The translations under genes and the position numbers were made by a program. A DNA stretch of 64,000 nucleotides from a virus (taxonomy: Duplodnaviria > Caudoviricetes): positions 32,001 through 96,000 of IMG/VR virus record IMGVR_UViG_2600255062_000003; one strand, 5' to 3'. How positions within the stretch are numbered: the stretch's first letter is position 1; every line of letters starts with the position of its first letter. The notes under the pieces are model-generated. The model was not told the DNA's origin and ran no database searches. It saw only the letters and a program-made list of their open reading frames with translations. Of the stretch, positions 21,451-31,869 are shown in pieces.

Positions 21451-21502
21451 AATTATTAAAGATCAAATGTTCATTTTATCATTTAATAAGCAACACATAG
21501 TA

Positions 21503-22315
21503 CTATTCAAGTGCAGCACGATGTCTTAATTTTGACCAGTCTTTATCTGGATAAGTAAACCTCATTGCTTTGTATGGGCTACTATTGAAATAATTTGCTA
21601 AAATGTTCCCTAAACCTGACTCTTTAAAATGTGTATATTTGAGGTTATCTAATGTTTGTTCATAATCCCAACTTAAACGTTCTTCAATCAGCCATTTGAA
21701 ACTCTCTTTCATATCTGATTCAGTCCATGTGGGTAATTTTTTAAACTCCCAAATTTTGAAATCATATTCCTCGAAGCAATAACTAAGTAATTCATATAAA
21801 CCTGAAGAATCTCTGTCTATTAATTCTCCATACGCACCTTGGTGAAATGCAGCATACATTTTTTTGAACCCATATTCATTAAAATCCTTGCTAATGTTAT
21901 TTATGATTTCATGTCTTCCCCACTTTAACTTATCGTTAAATACCCATCTAACCGCTTTTTTAATTGTTTCGTCATCCCAACATCCATTTGGAGATGTTTT
22001 CATTTCCCAAGGATGAAAGTTCCATTCAGGAAATGTTTCTTTTACAGCAAGATATGGACTTTTCTCAAAGTACTTTCCAAATCCTGTTGCTAATTTGACC
22101 TTACCAAACCATTTTGCCGTTATATTTTCTAATGCCATTTCTTTATCCCAGCCATAAATACATTCAACTGCAAATCTTAAACATCTTTTATAAAAGTAAA
22201 CCCCTGTCTTATCATCACTCCAAGTACCATCAGGAAACCTCTTTATTTTCCCATTCAGAACTTCTTGATAAGTGGCAATTATATCTCTAGTTACGTTCTC
22301 AACCATACCTCTCAC
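21503..22315 (-). CDS. Trp-rich repeat phage protein (DUF4046-like)
   Basis: Three internal repeats W...A.RW.....L.W...SPY. Confidence 0.6.
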   Translation of the reverse strand: MRGMVENVTRDIIATYQEVLNGKIKRFPDGTWSDDKTGVYFYKRCLRFAVECIYGWDKEMALENITAKWFGKVKLATGFGKYFEKSPYLAVKETFPEWNFHPWEMKTSPNGCWDDETIKKAVRWVFNDKLKWGRHEIINNISKDFNEYGFKKMYAAFHQGAYGELIDRDSSGLYELLSYCFEEYDFKIWEFKKLPTWTESDMKESFKWLIEERLSWDYEQTLDNLKYTHFKESGLGNILANYFNSSPYKAMRFTYPDKDWSKLRHRAALE

Positions 22316-22368
22316 TCATTTCTTATTGTAGTTCATACTATTCTAATCTAGATTTACTGCAATTGAAA

Positions 22369-22692
22369 CTAAGTGGTAGACTTTTTGCAACTCATACAGA
22401 CGCAACACATATTTTTGGGGCTTCTTATCCCACCATCAGAAGGAGGCACTATATAATCCGTGCTCTCACCTTTATTGCCACAGTAAACGCAAGTATTTTC
22501 GTCAATCTTCCTAACGTATCTTCGTAAACTTCTTCTGTCAAACAGTTTATAAATTGTATACGGATTAGCAATCACAGCAGATCCTTCGTGCACCATTTTT
22601 ATTGCCTTTTTATATGGAACTATATTTAAGTATTTGACCCCTAAAGCTTTAATGGGCTTAACAGTAACCCATTCCTGTTTGAAGAGTTTCAC
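22369..22692 (-). CDS. degenerate HNH-like protein
   Basis: CVYCG..TDYIVP...GG...N....CMSC, His replaced. Confidence 0.6.
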   Translation of the reverse strand: MKLFKQEWVTVKPIKALGVKYLNIVPYKKAIKMVHEGSAVIANPYTIYKLFDRRSLRRYVRKIDENTCVYCGNKGESTDYIVPPSDGGIRSPKNMCCVCMSCKKSTT

Positions 22693-23294
22693 TTAATACA
22701 CCCCCTAAAATATGTATTTCATCTTAAATCTCTAGTGTGAAACCATCACACTCATTGATCTCGCACTCATTTTCGAACTTGTCTTGAATATTCTCATTTG
22801 GATTACTACACGTTTCGAAGCAAGCGTATTCCACTTGCTGCATCGGATCTCCACATTCATGCCAAAAATGCTCACACTTTAAACAGATACTGTCTGTATT
22901 TACCTTCATTTTTCACCTCTCTATGATTAGATAAGTTTAATCTCTACTTTTCGAATTGCTTTTGGTACAATACACTCTCCGAAATATGCCCATCCACAAT
23001 CCTGACTAACTAAATCATGAAATTGTGTTTCTGCATAATCCTCAGATAAAAATTCAGCGTTATAAAAGTCTCTGCGAGAATAAACTCTGATGTCTGTATC
23101 TGATTCTTGTTCAAATTTCGCAAACCTTCCATTTGCTAATTCAATGACACATTTTTCAATCTTCATTAAGACCCTCCCCATCATCCCTTCGTTTTATAAA
23201 ACCTATTAAAAACACTCTCTTAATGTTCACGTAAAACACGCATTTTATAATAAAATTAAACTGAGGGAGGGATCTCACCTCCCTCTTTAAACAA

Positions 23295-24833
23295 CTATAT
23301 ATTTTGAACTAAAATTTCGTTAACCAATTCTATAAATTTATCTCCATCGATAATCTCACTATTAAAATCTGAACCTAATACATTCAAGTGTGATAATGTC
23401 TTTTCTAGGCCATCAAACTCAACTGCAAATGGCTCTTTAATGTTACTAGGTCTTTGACGGAATGAACCAATTTTATTTTTCATAAAAAACCATTTACCAT
23501 AAATATTGTCCGCTTCCTCAACCAGCAATAAATTAAAACCTTGCCCATCGTAAATATCAAAATAACCCCACGCAATTATCAGTTGATCTCTGAGTTTAGG
23601 ACGTACAACAACTTGATATTTACTTTCCCAAAAACTATCTTCTCTAATTTTATAAAAATCTTTATCAAACAATACTCTTAGTCTTATGTTGACTTTTTTA
23701 AGTGATGGTAATTTGAGTTCCAAATTAATATAGTCTCTTTTCAGATCGTTAAACGAATCCAAGATCATCTTTGAGCCAGTGTATCTTGTATTGAACTCAT
23801 TCACATATTCCTTTAGTGGTTCGTAAATACATTCTTTGAATTGATAGTTAATTCTTTTTACATGATCCTGTTTTTCGTTTTCTTCTTTTTGTTTCAGAAG
23901 TTGCTGGGTCTTATGCGACTCATCTTTTACAACTTTAATGTTAACAAGATTGTCAATTAAACTTGTTACGGAAGTTGCAGGTGTCTCATCTAAACCAATC
24001 TCTCTTTCAATCTCTTCCCAGTTTTTATAGCGCGCGCCAACATTCTTCTCAATCATCTTATTGACAACTTGTACAATACTGTTGGTAATAGTTGGATTAA
24101 TCTGTTTTATTGGTGTTGGATTTTGAAATGTATGAGCCTCTTGCCACATAGTCATATCAGCCTCATTTTTAACCTCATAAGGATGTCTAAGTGTAGCTAG
24201 TTCATAAAATAGGATTCCCATTGAATAGATGTCATTTTGAATTGTGTTTTTTTCGCTTCTCCATCTTTCTGGCGCCATATACTTAATGTGACCGATGCCT
24301 TTAAAAGTAAGTTGTCTAGTCTCTTCTGTTGCAACTTTAGCAAGACCAAAATCAGCGATTTTTAGAGTTCCCTTATGAATCAATATATTATCTGCCTTTA
24401 TATCCCTATGTACTAAGAGATCGTTTATATGTTTCATTCCCTGAATTAGCTGACTGTAAAACTCTTTCAACAGTTCGTTTGAAAAGAAAACACCTTCTTC
24501 TTTTTGCTTATTCAAATAACTCAATAATGTCCCTTGGTCTGCGTATTCCATAATTAAATATGGTGGTAAATTCGGATATTTATCCTTGTGTATATAGAAA
24601 TATTTTACTGCATTGGGATGAGAAACTTTTGTTGCCATTTGGCATTCATTTATAAATGTGACATAAGCTTCTTGTGTAGGAAATGTTGTTGGTAGTGTCT
24701 TTAAAGCAAAGACACTTTTATCCGACTTCCTTTGAATCTTAAAAACAAACCCAAAATTCCCATTTCCAATCATTTCAATTACTTCATACTCCTCTTCGGA
24801 TTCATCAAATACAGTAACACCCTGAGCAATCAT
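23295..24833 (-). CDS. Hanks-type Ser/Thr protein kinase with C-terminal extension
   Basis: GNGNFG, ALK, HRDIKADN, DFG, YMAPE, DIYSMG. Confidence 0.95.
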   Translation of the reverse strand: MIAQGVTVFDESEEEYEVIEMIGNGNFGFVFKIQRKSDKSVFALKTLPTTFPTQEAYVTFINECQMATKVSHPNAVKYFYIHKDKYPNLPPYLIMEYADQGTLLSYLNKQKEEGVFFSNELLKEFYSQLIQGMKHINDLLVHRDIKADNILIHKGTLKIADFGLAKVATEETRQLTFKGIGHIKYMAPERWRSEKNTIQNDIYSMGILFYELATLRHPYEVKNEADMTMWQEAHTFQNPTPIKQINPTITNSIVQVVNKMIEKNVGARYKNWEEIEREIGLDETPATSVTSLIDNLVNIKVVKDESHKTQQLLKQKEENEKQDHVKRINYQFKECIYEPLKEYVNEFNTRYTGSKMILDSFNDLKRDYINLELKLPSLKKVNIRLRVLFDKDFYKIREDSFWESKYQVVVRPKLRDQLIIAWGYFDIYDGQGFNLLLVEEADNIYGKWFFMKNKIGSFRQRPSNIKEPFAVEFDGLEKTLSHLNVLGSDFNSEIIDGDKFIELVNEILVQNI

Positions 24834-24937
24834 GGAAAGTCCTCCCTAAATTTTTGTAACTCAATTATACAATAACCTGTTGTTATATGTCGTCCCCTCC
24901 CTTCTCGTAATGGATATAAAAGAACTCATTTATCTGA

Positions 24938-25294
24938 TTATTTATAGCTTTTTGTCCAAGATACCTCTTTGTGATTGCTGTTTTGAGATTGAAATTCCCA
25001 TCCATTACTAGTCATATATACTGCATGTTGTAGGTATTCCTCATAGCTACTATATTCGTAGTTTACAATTTCAAATCTAATTTTCGGCATAATAGCATTA
25101 TCCTCCTCTGTTATTTCAGTATCTGATTGTTTATCTTCATTTTGTCCATGTTCTTCTGTAATCATAGAATCAGGGATCAAATAGCCTCTGCAATGTGGAC
25201 ATCTATCATAATCCTCTGACCATATTTCACCACATCCCTCATAATGGGAAAAGTGAAATAAATGTCTTTTGGGCACTCCTATGCATCGGTACAT
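24938..25294 (-). CDS. hypothetical Zn-ribbon protein
   Basis: C..CPHC; RBS AGGAGG. Confidence 0.65.
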   Translation of the reverse strand: MYRCIGVPKRHLFHFSHYEGCGEIWSEDYDRCPHCRGYLIPDSMITEEHGQNEDKQSDTEITEEDNAIMPKIRFEIVNYEYSSYEEYLQHAVYMTSNGWEFQSQNSNHKEVSWTKSYK

Positions 25295-25402
25295 TATGTA
25301 TTTCCCTCCTAAAAATAAATGGCGTTACAACAACTTCACTAAAGTCATTATACCACCATTTATTAACTATGTATATTATTATTTTTGTTTATATAATTTG
25401 AT

Positions 25403-25915
25403 TTAGCTAATTCTTAAATGTCTCTTGTCAGTAACCAATGTAACTCCATTGATCTTTTCGCCTTGTTTAAGAGCTTGCAGTAAAGCTTTAGTATCCACTT
25501 TGTTTGGTTGTGGGATTTTATATGTATCAGGTACTAGCCCTTCATTTAATACACTCACTGAAGGAGGATTGTTTTGTAAACGCACTTTAAACAGTCCTGC
25601 ACTTACTTTATCAATCCCATTGACCTCTAACACTGCTTGAGTGTATGACTTCAAACCATCATATTTGTTTTGAAGATATTTGCGCTTCTTGGCTAAACGT
25701 TTCTCTTCTTCTTCAAAAGCTTTTATATCTCCCTCAATGTTCTTCATAAACTTTGCGATGTTCTCAACTTTATGTTCAAACTCATCTTCAATTGATTCTA
25801 GAGTTTCGACATAAAGTTGGAGATCGTCTTCCGTAAGTTCGTCATTATCCCAAGCTGCGTCAATATATCCGTTTAGTACTTTATACTGATTTCCCAGTTC
25901 ATAGAGTTTACTCAT
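25403..25915 (-). CDS. siphovirus Gp157-family protein
   Basis: MSKLYEL...KVENIA...NPPSV...LKQGE.I.G. Confidence 0.85.
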   Translation of the reverse strand: MSKLYELGNQYKVLNGYIDAAWDNDELTEDDLQLYVETLESIEDEFEHKVENIAKFMKNIEGDIKAFEEEEKRLAKKRKYLQNKYDGLKSYTQAVLEVNGIDKVSAGLFKVRLQNNPPSVSVLNEGLVPDTYKIPQPNKVDTKALLQALKQGEKINGVTLVTDKRHLRIS

Positions 25916-26662
25916 TTACAACATCCTTTTTATGTATTTATTTTTATTTGTATAAAATCTATGTTTTACTCACTTATCTTTTACTTCTATAATTAGGATT
26001 ACACCTTGAATTCTTTGTTTGTTAATTTCTCATACTTGACTATTTTATCTGCAATTTTTTCGTTCATTTGATCAATCTCGTGCTGAAGCTTCTCTTTCTC
26101 TTCTTCTATTTTTTGGTCAAACGCCTCTGTGCGATACAACTCACCATCACACATAACCCAGTCATCTCTCAGTTCCCAACCATACAAACTGCAATGTCTG
26201 TAACCAAATTGTTTCTTGTAGAATTCTAGTTGTTCTTCAATTGGTTTAGAGTTAATATCTTTAGCTCTGATAATATCCATAAATATATTCTCCTATTCTT
26301 CGTAATCACATTCCAAGTCATTCATCATCATAATTATGTCAGAAATATATGCCTTTCCTTTATCTTCGTCGCTTAATTCTACATTTTTGATATGTATATT
26401 TTTTAAATCATTCCACATCATTTTATAGTTAATGATACCTCTTGCCATTCATATTTGCCTCCTTTTCCTATCAAATTTACATTTTATCTCGTCTTAATGC
26501 TATCCAGAATAGAATTAGACCAATCATTGCAAGTACATAGCCTATGGGAAAGAATAGAATCGTTACGATCTTTTCTCCTCTACTAAGACCATCAAAGATT
26601 GACCTAAACAGCAACACATCTCTGCAACTATCAAACATGTCCTGCTCAGTAAATATCAAACA

Positions 26663-27085
26663 CTACTCCTCCCATTCCAAAGCAATACACCCATAATAAT
26701 TACTTGTACTTAAGGCGCAACCATCTGGTACACTTGGCAACAACTGCTTTATTATTTCTTGATTATCGCCTTTTCTCATTGTTTCATCCCTCACTTGGAA
26801 GTGAGCCTTCTTTTTAGCAGGCTTTTTATTAGTTAACAACGAAAGATATCCAACTCTTTCACATGTCAGAGAATAATAGCTGCTTCTGTTATATAGTCTT
26901 ATACCATCGAATAGATTGCCTTCGTATGTTCCAAGTTGTTTTATGCTTCGACCTTCACAATCTCCTTCAGTTGAGAATTTCCAAATACCATTAACATCAA
27001 AATGCTTAGATTCCATCGCTTTTAATAAAGCTGCTTTTTCTTCTACCTCTCTACGCAGCCTATCCATATCTTCGTATATAGTCAT
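26663..27085 (-). CDS. hypothetical protein
   Basis: RBS AGGAGG. Confidence 0.7.
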   Translation of the reverse strand: MTIYEDMDRLRREVEEKAALLKAMESKHFDVNGIWKFSTEGDCEGRSIKQLGTYEGNLFDGIRLYNRSSYYSLTCERVGYLSLLTNKKPAKKKAHFQVRDETMRKGDNQEIIKQLLPSVPDGCALSTSNYYGCIALEWEE

Positions 27086-27852
27086 TACAGTCCTCCTTGC
27101 GGTAAAAGTCCTCTTTTATTGGAGCTTTAATGTTTCAAAAAAATCTTTGTTTGCTTTATTGAATTTATCGAGTAATTCATGCCATTTTTCATCAAAATTA
27201 TCTGTAGAATAAATTGCCGTTTCTACTTCTTTTAAATCTTTTACTATCTGCTGAACCTTTAAATTATTACTTTTTATTGATAGATATTTTTTCAGTCCTA
27301 GTTTTGAAACTTTATTCATTTCTTTAATTACTTTCGTATAATGGTTTTTCACCTTGATATATGCAGCTTCTTTTTTTTCTTTGTTCATCCTAATATCTTC
27401 TCCTTTCATTTAAAATTTCTATTTGATCAGATTCAAATAAATAGAACAAGCTAGAATAAAAGCTACAATATCGTCGATAGTTCTAGGCGTGATTGTGCCA
27501 TAAAACATTTTTTCTGCAATCGTCCATAGAAGGCCTATCACGCAGTAAATTACCAATACATTAACAAAATCAATGATAAAAAGAAGTACACCAACAAAGA
27601 AGTCAACCAAAAATATATCCACCCCTTTCGTTTCTAATTTGTTCATGATTTTATTTCAACTAAAATTGCGATTTTATGTTTAATCCTCTTGCCAACTATA
27701 TTTCTTATCCACTGCTTTATGATCACATACTCTGCAAGTTATATGAGTTAATCCATCATAATCTCCAATGCACTCGATCATATCTTGATCTTCATTTCCA
27801 CATTTTGTACAAGTAATTTTAAATCCTTTGAATTTAGCCATCTTTGCACTTC

Positions 27853-28563
27853 CTATGAACTAAAATGTCTATCCACATCAAGACTTTCCAATTGCTCAAT
27901 TTCCTTGTCATTAAATCCGACCTTATTTAGCCTCAGTAACACTTTAGCCATTTCCCTTTGGGTAATCGTCATTCCACGCTCAACAAATTTGGGTGTTCTT
28001 AAAATTGTACCTACAATATCTCTTGCTCGATTCTCATTATATGAAAGTTTATTTCCTTTGAGATACGCCCAATCATTCAACATTGCAACATCGATAACCC
28101 CATTGCGATAGTAGAATTGATTGTGTTTGAAATCGAATTCCCCAACAACTTCTTCTGGTTCACCTATCCATTGAGTGATTATTTGAAATTTGCCAACTGA
28201 AATTGCGTTTTTAGTAATTACTAATGGTAACCCTTTGTAGGTTCCACCGCTAATATCTGAACCATGATATCCAGCTTGATCCATAAAGTACGTTTTGAGT
28301 TTTTCTGCTAACTCATTGGATGTTAAGAAGAAGTCATAATCTTTAGGTTCATGCTCATGATACAAACTATAAATACATCCACCAGATATGTATGATTTAT
28401 TTCTAAACTCTAAGATAAATTCTTTCGGAAGTAAGAGTTCAAAAATATTGTATTGTCGCTCTAGCTCTCTTTTTACGGACGCCAACTTAATATTATGCAT
28501 CGTATCATCATCGATAATTTCTCTGCGTTTAAAATACTTCAGCACTTTTCTAAACAGGTTCAT
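27853..28563 (-). CDS. nucleotidyltransferase-superfamily protein
   Basis: ISGGCIYS...KDYDFF and FDF motifs. Confidence 0.65.
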   Translation of the reverse strand: MNLFRKVLKYFKRREIIDDDTMHNIKLASVKRELERQYNIFELLLPKEFILEFRNKSYISGGCIYSLYHEHEPKDYDFFLTSNELAEKLKTYFMDQAGYHGSDISGGTYKGLPLVITKNAISVGKFQIITQWIGEPEEVVGEFDFKHNQFYYRNGVIDVAMLNDWAYLKGNKLSYNENRARDIVGTILRTPKFVERGMTITQREMAKVLLRLNKVGFNDKEIEQLESLDVDRHFSS

Positions 28564-28604
28564 TCACTACCTCTTTTCTATGTAAAATTCTTATTTGATA
28601 ATCT

Positions 28605-29225
28605 TTATGCTTTTTCAATTTCTATTTCCCCAGTTCTTTCTTTAAAAGAAACACAATCAAAACACTTGGAATGTCCATTACGGTCGGCCTTACCTTCTCT
28701 GTCTCCAAAGGCAAAGTTACAACAATGACTCCCCCTGCTTCCATCCGCATATTCATAAATTATTACCTTGTCGCATATAGGGAATCTTTCTTTGTAAGCC
28801 TTAATTTGACGAGGGGAATACATGCCATACTCTTCATACTCTTCATCGCTCAATTCGCCTCTTGCTTCGCGAATCCAAATATCTGTTGGTAAATCAGCAT
28901 TCGAACCACTATTATGTATTTTTTCCTGTCCTTCTATTGTAAACGTATCTACAATTCCACATAAACAATCATCACAAATTGTAAATTCAACATCACATCC
29001 ATCAAGTGAGCTGCCATATCCCATTCTTCCAAGATTGACTGTGTGCCATTGCTCTTGATAAGTAAATGCCCAATCATCTTTTACATTCCAAGTTTCTGTT
29101 TTACCACATTTATAGCACCATCTTGTCTCTTCTGGACAACAATTTGCTTCGTGGGTAGCGCAATTTCCCTCATCTGTAAAAACCTCTTCACATTTTTCAC
29201 ATTGAAACTGTTGATTTATTTTCAT
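28605..29225 (-). CDS. Cys-rich multi-Zn-finger phage protein
   Basis: C2H-type finger and several CxxC. Confidence 0.7.
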   Translation of the reverse strand: MKINQQFQCEKCEEVFTDEGNCATHEANCCPEETRWCYKCGKTETWNVKDDWAFTYQEQWHTVNLGRMGYGSSLDGCDVEFTICDDCLCGIVDTFTIEGQEKIHNSGSNADLPTDIWIREARGELSDEEYEEYGMYSPRQIKAYKERFPICDKVIIYEYADGSRGSHCCNFAFGDREGKADRNGHSKCFDCVSFKERTGEIEIEKA

Positions 29226-29236
29226 TAAACCACTTC

Positions 29237-29509
29237 CTATGTATTTTTAGTTGCTATAGCTCTCATTCTTTCAGCAGCAGCCTGTCTTTGTTCAGGTGTC
29301 CAGTTACGACCATTACTCTTAGCACGGAATGAAACCTGTCCATAATCACCCTTGAAGTAGTGACCACCATCTACATCAACTCGAAGCAGCTCTAAACCAG
29401 CCTTTTTGATTTTTGTAATAGTCTTAGGTGAGCAACTATACACTTCCCACTCATTTGTTTCATCGTTACAGACACATACTGTTTCACGCTCAATTGCTGT
29501 TAGACTCAT
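29237..29509 (-). CDS. conserved phage hypothetical protein
   Basis: ERET...W.VYS...EQRQAAAERMR. Confidence 0.7.
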   Translation of the reverse strand: MSLTAIERETVCVCNDETNEWEVYSCSPKTITKIKKAGLELLRVDVDGGHYFKGDYGQVSFRAKSNGRNWTPEQRQAAAERMRAIATKNT

Positions 29510-30245
29510 TATTTTTTTGATCCTCCTTATAAAAATTTAATTTAGCTTTATCTCCTTTGATTTCTAACGCCTTGTAATCATATGCTAAGGCAGCTTCAAG
29601 CTCTGTCATAAAAGATCCGATTCGACAGTTCCTTTTATTCTTATTGTCCCAAATTTGTGATATCCAATTTTCTCCTACTTTTGAGACCCCTCTATAAGAA
29701 GAAGTTTTATCTTTTTCTTTTTTAAATGACAACCACTCTTCTTTGCTCATAAATTTGCAGTCATTAATTAACGCAAATTCACCATGAAACTTGAGTGCAT
29801 AATAGTTATAGCAATTGGCGGCTGCTGTTTCGTTTGTGTAATAACCATGTGTGGTGTGTTTTCCATCTGCAGTTATTTTGACTTTCCACATCTTACTTTT
29901 TTCATGCCAATGAACACCTTTGTATTTTGAACTTAAACCATCTGTTTTCTTTCTGTTTTTCATATTATCTTTATGTAAACAGATTCTTAAATTTCTCTTT
30001 TGGTTATTTAGTCTATTATTATCTTTGTGATCAACTACTACTTTTCTTCCCAACTTTTCAGGTTGAATCAATATTTTGTGTAGCGGTAATGAAAATAGTC
30101 CCACCCCTTTATACTTGTATTTATCTTTTGGTGAGCACTGCACATATCCATGTTTATCGATTTTAAGTTTATAAAAATTTGATATATATCTAAAATCTTC
30201 AACATCTATATATACTTGTTGATTATCGACTTCTATAATTCTAAT
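29490..30245 (-). CDS. HNH-AP2 homing endonuclease; probable ATT start at 30245
   Basis: VDHKDNNRLNNQKRNLR HNH plus two AP2 domains (SKYKGV, SSYRGV); GGAGG 7 nt before ATT. Confidence 0.88.
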   Translation of the reverse strand: MRIIEVDNQQVYIDVEDFRYISNFYKLKIDKHGYVQCSPKDKYKYKGVGLFSLPLHKILIQPEKLGRKVVVDHKDNNRLNNQKRNLRICLHKDNMKNRKKTDGLSSKYKGVHWHEKSKMWKVKITADGKHTTHGYYTNETAAANCYNYYALKFHGEFALINDCKFMSKEEWLSFKKEKDKTSSYRGVSKVGENWISQIWDNKNKRNCRIGSFMTELEAALAYDYKALEIKGDKAKLNFYKEDQKNNESNSN

Positions 30246-30278
30246 ATTTTACCCTCCTCTCTCGATCAAATGCTGATT

Positions 30279-30644
30279 TTATCGAACTCTATCTACCAGT
30301 ATACTTTTACCCATTAGGAATCTCACTGGCTTATCATAGATAATCATAGTGCTCAAATCCTTAAATATTCTCGTTCTACAAGGCAAATTAGAATCTATTT
30401 GATCATGAAATTTTGTTTTATAGACAGTATTGTTTCCAGTGTCATAAATATGAACTTTAAAATTTAAGGCATCGGTATAACCATTTAAAACTCCATCTTC
30501 TGAACTTGTATCTTCATGCGGATATATATGTATCACACATCTATTCATTATTGCTTTCGGCGACTCAAAAATTTCTTCATATGAACTAAATGTTTCTTTA
30601 ATGTATTCTTCTGAATTTTTTGTAATATCAACTTCCAACTTCAT
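30279..30644 (-). CDS. hypothetical protein
   Basis: RBS; bounded by sites 30266/30661. Confidence 0.7.
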   Translation of the reverse strand: MKLEVDITKNSEEYIKETFSSYEEIFESPKAIMNRCVIHIYPHEDTSSEDGVLNGYTDALNFKVHIYDTGNNTVYKTKFHDQIDSNLPCRTRIFKDLSTMIIYDKPVRFLMGKSILVDRVR

Positions 30645-30677
30645 TCAATTCTCCTCTCTTTAAAAGATCGATTTTAC

Positions 30678-30869
30678 TTACTCATCGCTTTTTAATTGGT
30701 CTAATATTGTTCTATAATCAGAGACTTTTTCTTTGTAAACTTCAATTCGACTTTGAACCAACTCCAGCTTATGCTCCAAATCTTCCTTTTCTCTCTCTAA
30801 ATCAAGTATAAAATCATCGTAATAGTCCAATTGTTGCTCAACAAAATGTTTTGCGCTTTGAACACTCAG
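30678..30869 (-). CDS. 63-aa coiled-coil protein with CTG start (not in ORF track)
   Basis: AAGGAGAG RBS; bounded by sites 30661/30890. Confidence 0.6.
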   Translation of the reverse strand: MSVQSAKHFVEQQLDYYDDFILDLEREKEDLEHKLELVQSRIEVYKEKVSDYRTILDQLKSDE

Positions 30870-31153
30870 ATAAATCTCTCCTTTCCTGATGAAATATCAA
30901 TTTGATTTGGTTTTTTTGTTCTTGATTTTCTTTAATAACCCTTCACCGCTAACCGATAAATTCCCACCCCAAATGATGAAATAAACCAAAAAAACTAATG
31001 TAAAAGAAAATATATGTACCAAAAGGAATATTGACATCCAAGCAGCCATGCCCAACACAGTAATTGTCAGTGATGCTTCTGGTAAAATTTTAGATGCTAT
31101 CAAAAGAATAAAAAGCCAAATATAACTTAAATAATGTTTTTTCAAATGCTTTT

Positions 31154-31432
31154 TCATATAACACTGCCTCCATTGATATTCCAATTTAACCGTTTGGGAT
31201 TCCCTACTCCACCATAAACATATAGTGGCTCTTTGTATTCGAAATATTTATTTACTTGTGTTTCACTTAGAAAGTAACAATCCCTTTCGATAAAACCAAT
31301 TGAATTAGATCCATATGTAGTAATAAATTTCTCAGTGCTGTATGTATCAATATTGTAAAAGTGACCTTTTAAAAACTGATGAGCTATACCTAATCTGTCT
31401 TCTAAAACTGCACTAGTTAAAGCTTGATAAAT
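31154..31432 (-). CDS. 92-aa hypothetical protein with ATT start (not in ORF track)
   Basis: GGAGG 7 nt before ATT; open to TGA overlapping the next ATG. Confidence 0.6.
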   Translation of the reverse strand: MYQALTSAVLEDRLGIAHQFLKGHFYNIDTYSTEKFITTYGSNSIGFIERDCYFLSETQVNKYFEYKEPLYVYGGVGNPKRLNWNINGGSVI

Positions 31433-31464
31433 TGCTATCCCTCCGATAATTCAAAATAAAATCT

Positions 31465-31869
31465 TTATTTTACTGGGTAGTCTTCCTTATAAATTTTTTC
31501 ATACATACGTCTTACGTCCACTTGAAAGTAAATTTTTTCTGGCTCAAAAGGATCTCCAACTTCAAAAGTCCAATCCCCGATCAAACCTTTCTTAATTTCA
31601 ACTTCTTCAATTAAACTCTCTTTATAGTTTGACTTAAGCACAAACTGTTCATAGATATCCAAACCTTCACTATTGTCATATTGCCAATGCAGTAAAGTCA
31701 CCAGAAGTTCCGAGTTAGCAATTCCTGTATTATGAATTAACTGGATAATCTTTTGATCTGTAAACTTTTTAAAACGATTGTCATTGTTGAAATAATACTC
31801 AAAAATATGAATTACATTTCCTTTATCATCTGTAACTACTTTTGCATATCCATCAATAGGCATAGCCAT
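31465..31869 (-). CDS. hypothetical protein
   Basis: RBS GAGG. Confidence 0.65.
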   Translation of the reverse strand: MAMPIDGYAKVVTDDKGNVIHIFEYYFNNDNRFKKFTDQKIIQLIHNTGIANSELLVTLLHWQYDNSEGLDIYEQFVLKSNYKESLIEEVEIKKGLIGDWTFEVGDPFEPEKIYFQVDVRRMYEKIYKEDYPVK

